64,000 bases of DNA from Basidiobolus meristosporus CBS 931.73 (taxonomy: Eukaryota > Fungi > Basidiobolomycota), in the NCBI GenBank assembly GCA_002104905.1, contig MCFE01000208.1, positions 64,669 to 128,668 of the forward strand, read 5' to 3'. Positions 27,101 to 39,520 of the stretch are shown in pieces. Position numbers and translations under genes: made by a program. The notes below the pieces were generated by a model. That model saw only the letters and a list, made by a program, of their open reading frames with translations, was not told where the DNA came from and did not search any database. Numbering within the stretch: position 1 is the stretch's first letter; each line of letters opens with the position of its first letter.

Positions 27101-29067
27101 AAGGGAAAGGACTACCTTGTTGCCTTTGAATCCATGAAGCTGAACTCAGCAGAACAAAACTATCCAGTGCATGGGAAGGAGATGCTTGCTATAATGCACT
27201 GTTTGAAGACATGGAAATGCTAAATTGAAGGAGTCAAATGCACTGTGAAGACTGATCATGCCTCCCTCAAGTATATATTTACTCAGAAGGTGCTCTCTGG
27301 AAGAATGATAAGATGGAGTGAGTACATTCAGCAATTTGATATGGAGATTATCTACTGCCCTGGGAAAAAAACATGTTACTGATGCCCTATCAAGATTAGA
27401 CCATGTTGCACAACTCAACTTGGTGCATGAATCAGATTGGCCTAGCTCATTACCAAAGTACTTGGGGGACCAAGACATTCCTTATGAGGTGGACGAGGAG
27501 ATCCTGGATGAAGCCAACAAACTTGTAGTACAGGATGAAACACTCTACCATATTGTTGATGGAAGCCCTATTGCCTATTGCCCTTAAGTTGCTTGCCTGG
27601 ATTTGATACATACGCTACACAATGATTATGGACAACTTGGAATTGAAGGAACCTAAAGCCTTGTAAAGGCCAGAGCATGGTGACCCAGAATGAATAAATA
27701 CATATAGAAGCTAGTGAAAACATGCCCAACTTGCCAAATCAACCAAGGCCAACCACAGAGAATTGCTGAAGAACTTTCCCTTGGAGCCTGTAAGACCATT
27801 CAAAAGATGGGGAACTTTATTGGAAGACTGGCAACTACCAGGAAATGCAACCATTGGATTCTAGTAGCAATTGACCATGCCACTAAATGGCCAGTGGCTA
27901 AAGCTGTACCTATAGCCAGTGAACAAGAAGTTGCCAGTTTCATCTACCATGGTAACCATATGAAGTTTGGATGCCCTGTAGAGATCCTATCCAATAGAGG
28001 TGCAAAATTTATGGCAAAGACATTAGAAGCTTACCTGGAAATGCAGCAGATCAAACACTTGAAAACCTGTGCATATCACCCCAGAGCTAATGGATTCACT
28101 GAACGGTTTAATAGATTATTTGAAAAAATGCTGACCAAGTATGCAAAGGGGGTTGTCAGTAAATGGGATGAGTATAAAGACCATGTACTCTTTGCCTGCA
28201 GAGTCAGAGTACAAAACACCACCCAACAATTGCCATTTTACTTAGTGTATGAATGTGAACCAAGGCTTCCAGGAGATCTCACACAACCAAAGCTTATAGA
28301 TGCTGTAGAAGATGAGCTCAGTTAGCCAAGTAGACACCAGCAACTGCAACAAAGGCATCAAGAGGCACAGGCCAAAGTATCTCAAAGTGCAGAAAAGATG
28401 AAGCAGTGATTTGATGAGACTATAGCACCAGAAGCATTGACAGTTGGGAACTTTGTATTGCCAAGAAACAACACTCAGAAGAAGTTTGAGCCACAATGGA
28501 CAGGACCATTCAGGATCATCAGAGAATGTTCACTTGCAACTTACCAACTAGTGGACAGATAAGGCAATAGCCAGGAAGACTTAGTGCATAGGGACAGACT
28601 CAGGCTTGCAAGACTTGCTGATAATACTAAACCATCAAGATATTGGTATCACAAGAAAAGAGACTCAGGAGAACCCTCTCAGCTTTAGTAGGGGAGAATG
28701 CTCTGATCTGCCACTTGAATATTCAAGTTAGAGCAGTTTTTAGTCAAATCAATTATCTATATGTTTAGTGTATCAGTATATCAGTATTTTCTATCAAATC
28801 AGTAGTATTAGTTAGCAAATGATTCAGCAGATCCTTATCCAACAGAAATAGGTATATTATGTAGGATCTTATTGGGTGATGATGATGCAATTAAATGAGT
28901 CATCAGCCACAGCCTGCATTAGAAAATACAATTAGTCAGCAATTGATCTGGCAAAGTGTATATAAGGAGCTGCTGGAACCTCTCTGAATATCAGTTCATG
29001 TTTTAGTGAATATAATGCTAGCTAAACTCCCTATTCCTCTACAACTCTTATACCAAGGCTTGTAACA
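24154..29067 (+). mobile_element. Full-length degenerate Ty3/Gypsy element B2
   Basis: LTRs 24154-24521 and 28699-29067, 4-bp TSD TTAT, PBS TGGTAGCAG at 24523. Colinear with B1. Confidence 0.95.
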
Positions 29068-30759
29068 TTATTTGAACATTCTGCTACTCCATTTAGCTGT
29101 GGAGTATGTGGAACAGTGGTCTGTAGCAGTATACCAGTAGATGAGCAGTATTTCAATCCATTGTCACCTCATAGTACCCTCAACATACACCCAGTTTGTG
29201 TTTCGGACATGTTCTTGAACTCTTTAAGCTTCTCTAAAGCCTCATCCTTTGTTTTGAGGAAGTATACCAATGTATGTGTTGTCCTGTCATTAATGAGCAT
29301 CATAGAGTATCTCTTGGCTCTAAAGGACATTGTTCTGATGGGCCCTCAAATGTCTCAGTGTACAATAGCCAATCTTTTGGTGGTGTTGATACCTCCTGAG
29401 GTCCTGAAATATTGCCTAGCTTGCTTGCCATATGAACATCCCTTACAGACACTCATTTTGATTGCAATTGAGTACTAGAGGCCTAAAACAAGCTCATTTT
29501 TACCAATTGGCTCAATTTCTGTTCCCAATGTGACCTAGCCTTCAGTGCCATGTCTTGCAGTTAGTTTCATCAGTTTCAGCAATGTTGGCATGCTCAGGTA
29601 AAATGATCTTGCAATGTAACTTATATATATTGTGATCTCTGATTCCCAAAGCTAAATTTTGTCCATTTTCACTCAATATTGAGCAGTTTAGCTTAGTTAA
29701 AGCAAGTTTCAGTCCCTGAGCAGTCGCTTTACTGACTGAGAGTAGGTTCTTGGCTATTTCAGGTACATAGAGTATGTCAGTTAGTTTTGCTGTTGTAGCC
29801 CCTGAGATATCACTCATATTTAGCAGTATAAGCCCACTGGTAGTAGCTTCCAGTGCGCAGTTATCTCCCAGATAAACCTTTTTTGTGGGAATAGTCTTTG
29901 AGTTGCGGAACTACTTCTTTATACCATAAATATGCTGAGATGCTCCAGAGTCCATGTACCACTCATTAGTTTGGTTACTTGCACTCTCTTGTACAGTTAC
30001 AAAAAACTGTTCATTAGTAGTATGTGGTTTGTCAGCTCCAGTTTCTGTTTGCCATCTGCTTGTTTCTTCTTGCATTCTCTTGCCCAGTGTCCTGGCTTCT
30101 TACAGTAATTACAGCAACAAGGTTTTCTATGGTGTTGTTGCTTTCCCTTCTTTTCTGTGTGCCTTTCTGAGATGAACTAATCATTGTCTTCAATTTTCTC
30201 TGCTTGATTATAATGTCTGAGTTCTTCATGGAGAAGTCTTGCTTTAACATGGTCTAAAGTCAAGCTGTCTTCTCTGCTCTCAAAAGAAAGTATGAGTTGC
30301 TCATACTTATCTGGTAAGCTGCAAAGCAGACAGTGTATCTTTTCTTCATCTACACCAGCATTAATACTATAGAGTTCTTCTGGAAGTGTCTCCATTCCGG
30401 TAATGAGTTGTAACATGTCATTATCTGGCTACTCCCTCATGTTGAAGAACTTTTGTCTTAAATAAAGCTTGCTTGATACTGACGTTGCTCTAAAGATTTT
30501 CTCTAAGGATTCCCATGCTGCTTTGGCAGTATTTGAAGTATGGATTTGTCCAATGAAGGAATCTTGCGCATTGATACATATGGCATTAAATGTGTTTCTC
30601 TCCCTCTCTTGAAACTTCTCCACTGCTTCTGCTGCTCTTTTGAACTCAACTTCTTTTCCTATTACTACATTCCAAAGCTTTCTTTCCTCAAGGTGGAGCT
30701 GCATCTTGATTCTCCAAAGTCTGTAGTTCTTCCCATCAAACCTCTCCTTTGTTGTAACC

Positions 30760-32560
30760 AGCAGATGCATGTGAGAAGATATATAACAAGACAAGAATTA
30801 AAATCAAGAATGAGCTTAGAGTAAAGGGATCTGATGAGGAAGCTATGTGCAAGAGCAATATACACTGAACTCATCAAGGCAACAGTTCCAAAGTATCACA
30901 CAAAGGGTAAGTAAATATATTTAGGAATCAGATGGTGAACCTCAAGATGATGAATATAGATTGCAAGCAAATGCGTCCAGATTGTGCCGGCACACCTTGC
31001 TGAGCTCCCTACCATCCCATGCAATGCCAGCATGCCAGCACATATCAGTTCAATCTATGCCACCACCCTTCACAAGAGCACCCCACATTGATTCAATGTG
31101 CATCAAATCAGCACTTGTGCTTCAGAGCAAAACTACCAGAACTTACCAAACTGCTCATTTTGACAGGAGTCCATTGACACAGGCCAAGTTGCATCAACAT
31201 GTAACATTACATTGCACTAAGCCAAGGGCTATGCCAATGCATCAAGTTGCACCTGCACATGCTGTTACACCTGACCACCAGCATGTTACTTTGGGTGAAC
31301 TGACTGACAATGACCCATATTAAGTGCCTCCACCACCAGAGCCTTTGGTAAGTTAAAGAACACATAAGCACATTGTGGTGGTGTATAGGTCCAAGGGAGA
31401 GATATATCCAGCACTTCTCAAGTGTTTTGCATGTGGGGTGTTCACTGGGTGCAATAACCTCTGGCAAAAGCTTGCTAGGAATACTTTGGTTCTGTCTCTA
31501 ATCTGATATGATGGGGAATAAAGCCACAAGCTTGTCAAGGGAAAACTATTAAGCTACAATCTCCAACTTAGTTGGCATCTTAACAAAAGTATGTGTTGAG
31601 CTCAGCATCCTTTGAGATGACAATGTACTAAAGCTTCCAAAGTCAAAACAACTGTAAACTGCACCAGCAGGGACTTGATGAGAATGTTGCTGTGGTTAAT
31701 AGTTACAAAGACAGAAAAGTATCTTTGCCTGTACAAGAACAAACTTGGGAAAGAATCAAATATAATAAAAGATATCTACTCTGAGTATTCCTCACAAGTA
31801 GTGCCTCCAAGGTCAGTTGGCTGACAGCATGGTTTCCTGGGAGTGTCCTGTGGTCCAGGGTTGGAAGTTCAGGTAGCAGCAGGTAGCAGTGCTCACACTA
31901 ATCAACAAGTTGGTATATTGATAAAAAGGATGATGATTTATTGTTGAGGGATAGCCTCCCTTATATACTTTTCTTACTGGCTAAGTGATTACTAATCATG
32001 GTGTTCCAGAAGGTTCCAGATAACAATAGATATCTTAATGACATCAGAATGACCTAATAATGTTCCAAGTAGGTGCTGGAAGGTTCCAAGAGGCACAGCA
32101 CATCCAACCAATCAGGAATCAGTACTATGAGACCTGTGTAACATAGGGATACCATATATGGTATGAAGTAGTAGGGATGGTGACATGGGTTGATCATGTG
32201 TCACAGGTACTGGTGCAGGTACTTGCCTAATATAGAAGCACTTATAGCTAGTAATCTTACATAAAGTGAGGGAAAACTTATGCAATATGGTAAGCAGCTA
32301 TGATAGTCAATTGGCTTATGGGATAGTACTGATCAGGTAAGACAAATGGGATAAAACTAAAATAAATGTAGTAGAGATATAGGGAAGTAGAAAATATGGT
32401 AATGAGCACATCTGTCAGTGGGTGTCACTGTCACCCCACTACAATGTGGCTCTACAGGCTGGTTCCATTATATCTTCCGGAGCAATTCAGTGTGGCCAAG
32501 TTCCAGCACCACACTCATCAGCTACTGTCCTAGTATTTTGTAACCAATTTGTAACTTACA
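30760..32560 (+). mobile_element. PHIS ORF B fragment interrupted by a family D solo LTR
   Basis: Matches the reverse complement of 9140-9985 and the region 50900-51690. Confidence 0.7.
31374..32443 (-). mobile_element. Intact ~1070-bp solo LTR, family D
   Basis: TGTGGTGG...CCACTACA termini. Flanks ACAT/ATGT are reconcilable as a 4-bp ACGT TSD. TATA-like tatataag and caataaa on the minus strand near 31960-31935 give the orientation. Confidence 0.88.
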
Positions 32561-32649
32561 CATCCTGCTGAAAATAATTAGATTGTTTGATACTAGTTTT
32601 TTGTAAACATTTGACAAGTTAACATTTATTTCAACGTTACAAGACTTTT

Positions 32650-33235
32650 TAATTGATCATTATTATTATGCAGTCCCACACCTATTGGGAAGCAATAAAG
32701 TACCGCAGTCAGCATCATTCAAGCACAAAAGTTCCAATTTATATATAAAACCATTGATGGCACACATTACAAACAAGTAAGAAGTAAGAGCTACTTTGAA
32801 GGTATGTAGAACTATCCCTTCACCATGGAACTTGACAGATTCTCATTGAACAAGTACTCTACCAGCAAATTGTAATGGCCACTGATTCTCATCAACCTTA
32901 ATCTGCTGCCTATTCTATGGTATCAGGGCAGAAATCTGATAGTAGCCTCACCTGTATTGGGGCTTAGATCATTGTCCAACCTGGACAGCTACCTGTATCC
33001 ATTGCCTCATGAGTTTTATAGGCTTTCCAGTAGGACACTATTAAATGACTGTCATTTCAAAGCATACATTATTATCTGCATTGGAGATACCCCAGCCATC
33101 AGCAAGATGGCTGGCTTTTCTAAGCACTATGGATGGCATTGCTGTTGAATATGTGATATCCTGGGGATTTACTCCATAAGTCACCCACATTACTATTATT
33201 TCAATACCAATACTGAGAAGATCATCTTCTTGCCA
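32650..33235 (+). mobile_element. CACTA transposase fragment
   Basis: FSLNKYSTSKL*WPLILINLNLLP and CIGDTPAISKMAGFSKHYG; matches 3640-4090. Confidence 0.8.
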
Positions 33236-33239
33236 CTGT

Positions 33240-36200
33240 CATGAATATTACCTGAAAATCTGCAAAGAACTTTTTTGTATTTAGCTAAAATGCTCCTTTG
33301 CCCTGCTGGATCCTGGTCCCCCTTATAGGTGTGTTCTGACTTTTGTTTGTGAGAATTCTGTATTGAATGGTGTAGAAGTTGGCTAGTGCCAAACAGAAAC
33401 CTGGAATACTTTAGTTAAGTGATCTCAATCAGAATTAGTAGCTTGTTGCATCCATCCAAACTTTATATTACTTAACTGATTACCCATGTATTGGGGCTAC
33501 CTAGTTTCTCAATGCCAAAGGGATAGGTGTCTGCATATGCACATCTGTCCTCAGTTTTTCCAACTCTTCCTGGCTGTCCTCCATTTGCCAACTGTTCACA
33601 TCCTTGATGGACTTGAAGGTACCATTTTTGATGAGATTGGGAATTGTAGTACTTGCAACTGGATTTGTCTTCCTATTTCCCCACACATCTGCTCCATAGG
33701 AGACTCCCAAAAAATTGAACAAGGTCCAATATTCACCAGACACCAAGTAAGATGGAGTAAAGAATGCATGAAGTAGCAGCAGAAATCCACATGTTCTGCT
33801 TTGAGCTTGTAGTATAGCCACGCAAGTCCTGTCACAAACTCCATGCATAGAAGGTCTAGGTATGAAAAATTGCTGTTGGTGATCCACTTCTTGACAGCTA
33901 CTTCTACAATGTCAGCATATGATTCACAATATTTCCAATATACTCCTGATATATATTGCTCCTGAATTAGATATGCAGCTCACCTGGTACTTGCATTTAC
34001 ATTGTTGCTCATGTGCATTAATAGTAATTAGGCCTTCAAAGCAATACTTTGGGGTGCACATACTCTGTAATATTTTGCCAATTCTTTCAAACTTTGCTAG
34101 TCTTTCAAAGGGCACATATAGCTTCAAAGTTCCCATGTACAACTTGACTATTACTAACTCAATACTGTTGAAGAGCAAGTGCATAGCTGATTTTTGATTA
34201 ATTCCATATTTTGGCAGACACCTGATAGCTTGCCATCTTTGCTGCAATTGCATGCTGACTTCTGTACATTCCCTCTGTGAGAAGACAATGTTCTTAGTGT
34301 TGATGTTTGAATAATAATAATGTTTGTTAGTCTTGAATCAAGCTCCCTGGATTTCACACACTTGACATCAATACTATTCATTGAACCCAGAAAAGCCAGC
34401 TATCTTGCTGATGGCAGAAGTATCTCTGATGCAAGTAACACATGCACTTTTATATGACTGTTGTTTACAAATATCCTGCTGGATAGCATACAAAACTCAT
34501 CAAGCAATGGATTCAGGTTCCTAGCCAGTTTGGATGAAGAGTTAGGCCCAGATATCAGATAAACTACAGCCAGATTTCTGCTCCAATATTTCAAGATTGG
34601 CAACACATTCAGGTTGATGAGAATCAATGGCCAGCAGAACTTGCTAGCTGTGTACTGGCTCAGCAGGAGCTCATCCAGCCCCATGGCAATGGCATGATTA
34701 TACATACCCTTAGAGTGGCCCTGGCTTCTGGGCTATTTGTAATGCTTCTTATCAGATATATTGGAAATGCTTATGCTTGATTGATACTGAGTGCAGTACT
34801 TCATAGCTTCACAATTTTAGTTGGACTGCATGAGCATTTTTAGATCGGGTATTACTAAGGTGTATCTGGAGTGTGAACAATGCTTTCCTGCTGCAGTGTG
34901 GGATCCCTGATATATAGGACACAATGCATTGAGTGTATTTTTAGATGTGAATGTCATGCATCTGTTAACATATGCTGGTCCCAGGACCTTCTTGTTGTCA
35001 TATGCAGCTAGCTGCACAACAATCTGCCATTTGTACCAAGTACACAGTATGTTACATCCTGAATTGATCTTGGCCAGCAGTTGCAGCAAATCTTTACAGC
35101 CCCTATTATCACTATTAATGTACATAAGCCACTTGTCTGGTCACAAAGTAGGTTCTATGTAGAATCCTTGGTACTTTTTTCCATAGGTGTTGTCTCATTG
35201 CAAATAGGAACTCTGCTAGGCTTGTTCAGGATGATATTATGAAGGTAAATAGACTGACAATCCATCAATGACCTTCTTGTTCAAAGCTATCACTGTATAT
35301 GTCATATTCAGAAGGCTGAGGTTAGCCAAAAGCTGCCATAAACTCACCTGACTCAGTTTATGTAGGATGACAAGTATGGCAGGGTGGCATTAGTGAGGTG
35401 AGAAGTAGCTGGCAAGATATCATCAGTGCTTTAGAAACTGATGATTACTCAAATATGGCTTATGTGGTAAAACACTGACTGTGATCCTTGTAATACTTTC
35501 AATGCTGTCTGTATGCTTCATGGCTGAAAGGCTTGTTACACCAGTCACATGATTACTTTTCCCTTCTCCTACAGTATTGAATCAAATTAGTCTTGTCCAT
35601 GGACCAACATCTTGACACTCATCATTATAAAATTATTATATCAGTTTTTGCCAATACTATAGGTTATATTAAGACTGTCTTTTATTTGAGACATTGCACC
35701 TATATGAATGCAAAATTCAATAATGACCTACCAGTGTAAGCATTATAAGTAAAGCCCAGGCTCCACAAAAGCACATATTTAGCATTATTTTGCATTTGGT
35801 TTGCTTCAGTTCCCTATAAATAGTGTCAAAAAATAAAGAAAAGTTGTCTGGTCCCAAACCAAACCTACCACATATAGCAGCAGAGGTACAGTTATACAAC
35901 AGCTTACTTTGATATTGATTGCAACAAGCAGGGTACATCTGAAAAGACCATGTTAATATCATACCAACTGATGGTGATCATGCGGACTCCTCTAGCTCTC
36001 AGTTACACACTCATCTGAAAATATTTGTGTAGCCACAAGCTGACCATAATGCCTAGGCTTATGAGAAGGCAGCAAAAGCAGTACCCTGGTTGAAGACCAG
36101 CAAATTGTACTCATAAGATCACTGCCACAAGCTTTAGCATGTGTACTGTCAGCTTAGATCAGTTTATTATTGAGGCAATTAGGCACAGAGAAATCAAGAA

Positions 36201-36310
36201 GTTGTCTGAAGAGAGTATAAGTGGATAATATGGGTAGAGCAATCAATATATCAGGTGGCAATAGCAGCATTATTGCACCCAAGAAGGAACTCAAAGACAG
36301 AAGAGCCCTA
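33240..36310 (-). mobile_element. Second CACTA copy: transposase (-, ~33240-35570), spacer, accessory gene start (+, ~35900-36310)
   Basis: Reverse-complement colinearity with 1270-5140; HSLLHLTWCLVNIGPCSIFWESPMEQMCGEIG; lacks the 2811-3615 LTR. Confidence 0.85.
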
Positions 36311-36479
36311 GATATGAGTATATTGATAGGTTATTGCCTCTTTTTCACACCACTTACTTCCTGACTCAAACAATGTTCTACCATTGAGGCATATAGTTAA
36401 TTTATTTCCTTTCATCTACAGTTGTAACTTGAGTTCAAACTGTGCTGACCTATGCAAGCCTCTATACCCAACACTAACA

Positions 36480-39400
36480 TACAAAATACCATATACCCAG
36501 AACATGAAAATTCACAATGTTGTCCAAACAGCCCCAAACTTTTTACACATATTTTTGGGACCTTCCTTAACCTATTCTCTGTGCTTGTTATACCAAGACA
36601 TGTAAATGTATAAATACTACTTTTACATTTAATAAATTGTTAAGCAAAAACCACATAATCTACTTGTTCTCCTAAATCACTTCCAAGATCTCCAAGACTC
36701 TGATAACAGGCTATGAGCCCCAAGCTGTCACTCTCTATAATTTCTACTACTGCTATTACTGTAATTTTCCCTCCTGCTGAAAAGTTGGATGGATCTAACT
36801 ATCAAGTGTGGAAGGTGTAGATGAAGATGCTGCTACAAGAAGAAGCCTTTGGGATATTGTCATGGGAGAAGAATGCCCTCCTGAAAATGTGGGAGAGGAA
36901 GCCTTAAAGTACCAGAAGAAAGAACCAAGTGCCTTTAACTGCATGTGCCTTAATGTTAAAGACAAATTGCTAATTCAATGCTCAAGAGCAAAAATGGCAA
37001 GGAATACCTGGAAGGCATTAGAAAACACCTACCAGTCATGCTCAGCTGCTAAGAAAATGTATCTGGGACAAAAATTCTTTACTACAGAGATGCAGCCAGG
37101 AGCAGAAGTGAAAAATCTAATTAACAGTATTACCTTGCTGGTAGATGAAATGGAATCTGTGGGCATACCAACTACTGACAAGGATGTGATAATTACCATC
37201 CTGAATAGCCTGACAGACAAGTTTCAGGGCCTTGTATCAGCCCTAGATTCCAGAACTTAAGATTTGACCTTAAATTATGTATATGGAAGGCTCCTGGATG
37301 AACAATTAAGAAGATCAAGCACCAATAAGAAGGAAGAAGAAAATGCTTTAATAAGCAATAATAACCAACTAAGGAGGTACCCAAGACCCTACAAAGGCAA
37401 CAGCAACCTTTTTGCAACTACTGCAAAAGGAAAGGACACACATCCCACTGGTGCCTCAAAAAGAGAGATAATTGGCAACAGAAGGCTGAATATGGAAATG
37501 CTGCAACAATAGAAGATAGACTATTCATATCTGCACTAAATATACTCATAAGCAAGAATTTTTAGATGTGATATTTGACTCTGGAGCATCTCAACACTTT
37601 ACACACCATAAAGAACCTTTTACCCAATATCAAGAAAATGCAATTAAGATGGTTTCATGGGTGACAATTGGTCACTTGATGCAGTGGAGAAGAAACTATC
37701 AAAGTAAGCCTAAGAAGCAGTAAAGGAAGCTATACATTAACCTTCAAAAGAAGTATTTTATGTACCAGAAATAGTCAAGAACCTACTATCTGTAAGCAAG
37801 GCCACAGCAGGAGGACTCAGTTTCATCTTTGACAATCCTGGATGCAAAATTACTAATCAAAATGGTGCCCATATTGCTTTGGGTATCACAGATCAGAATC
37901 TATAAAAGTTGACTTATATTCCATCATATCTGGAAGCCAATATAAGTAACTTAAATGAAAAAACACCAATGCTTTGGCACAGGAGATTTGGGCACATTAA
38001 TTTTGACTATTTGCGCAAAATGATCAAATATCAGCTAATTTCTGGAGTAAAAATTGCTCCGCCAGCTAGTTTGGAGCACTCTGAAGCCTGCATATATGGG
38101 AAACAAGCCAGACAATTGTTCAAGAGCTCAGGGTTAAACAAAACTAATAAAATTAGATCTAATTCACCCAGATCTGTGTGGACCTATGCAAAATTTATTC
38201 TTAGGCAGGATGTAGTATTTCATCACTTTTATTGATGATTATACAAGATACACATGAGTTTACTTCATGGAGAGAAAGGAAGAAGCTCTGGCTAAGCTTA
38301 GGGAGTTCAAAGCCATGGTGGAGAGAGAAACTGGTGAAAAAATCAAGAAAATATGCTCCTACAATGGTGGAGAATATACCTCAAAACTCTTCATCCACTA
38401 TTGCAAAACTCATGGAATAAAGCAAGAAACTACTGTACCATACTCCCCACAGCAAAATAGAGTAGCAGGACATGCTAACAGATCAATAATTGATATGGCA
38501 AGATCTATAATTCATAATCATAAATTATCCTATAATTTTTGAGCATAATTGGTTGCAACTGCTGTATACCTTATAATTAGGAGTTATAACAAAATACTTT
38601 GTAATTCTACTCCATTTGAAGCACAGTACGGGTACAGACCATGTACAGAACATCTAAGAATACTTGGGTGTACAGCGTATGCCAAGAAACTACCCAGAAA
38701 CCATTCAAAATTTGAGCCAAAAAGTTTAAAACACATATTTTTGGGCTACAGCAATGAGAGTAAGGCATGCAGACACTTTGATACCAAAGCAAAGAAGCTG
38801 ATCAAGTTCAGGGATGTGTAGTTTGATGAAACTTCAAAATTTTCACAACAAATTATGTCAGATGATGACAAAAATTTGATCTTGATTCCACCAATAGTCA
38901 GGATTGAAGCAAAGCAAAACAATGAGAGCTTTTTCACTCCAGAGGACTCTACAACCATTGTTCAGCCAGAATCAGTGCCCAGATATATCCCTGAAGTGAT
39001 CATTTCACTATCAAATGCCAGACAATCCAACCAGACAAGAAATAGCCCAAATTACTATATCAATGAGGGTACAAACTTAGCCTTTGCCTAATCAGTCCAA
39101 ATTGATGTACCCCAGATTGTAAAAGAGGCCCTAAATAGCCCTCAGACAAAGTTTTGGAGATCTGCAATGACTGAGGAATATCAGGCCCTGATGGAAAATC
39201 AAACTTGGGACTTGGTCAAATTTCCAATCAACCAAAAATCATTGAATGCAGATGGGTCTTCAAGACAAATTACAAGGCTGATGATACAATTGAAAGATAC
39301 AAAGCAAGACTTGTGGCCAACAGATACTTTCAAACAAAAGGATTTGACTATAATGAGAACTTTGCACTGGTAGTCAAGTTCAATTGCATCAGATTAATAT

Positions 39401-39520
39401 TGGCTATTGCATCCAAATATAGGTTTTTATTCATCAAATGGATGTAAAACTGCATTCAAATGGAAAATGTGATGAGGACATGTATATGGGCCAGCCTGAT
39501 GGGTTTGTTGACCAAGATAA
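36480..39520 (+). mobile_element. Ty1/Copia element A1, truncated in the 5-prime LTR and in RT
   Basis: Partial LTR ending at 36708, PBS GGCTATGAGCCC, gag, protease, integrase and RT start. Ends exactly where the A2 LTR begins. Confidence 0.85.

Larger units (their letters stand above)
13185..30755 (-). mobile_element. Ty1/Copia element C1 (both LTRs lost), host of three nested insertions
   Basis: Minus-strand gag (ERFDGKNYRLWRIKMQLHLEERKLW), protease, GAG-pre-integrase, integrase, RT (GYSQIQGLDFKEIFA restored across the B1 TSD) and RNase H ([18 protein letters not shown]). Segments 29068-30755, 23482-24153, 18752-18905 and 13185-13864. Confidence 0.85.

Noticed and set aside
31369-32448. 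Family D as a TIR (MITE-like) element because of a 13-bp inverted match across its ends
   Set aside because: Explained by the short LTR terminal inverted repeat plus a CpG-mutated ACGT TSD; other copies lack the extended match.
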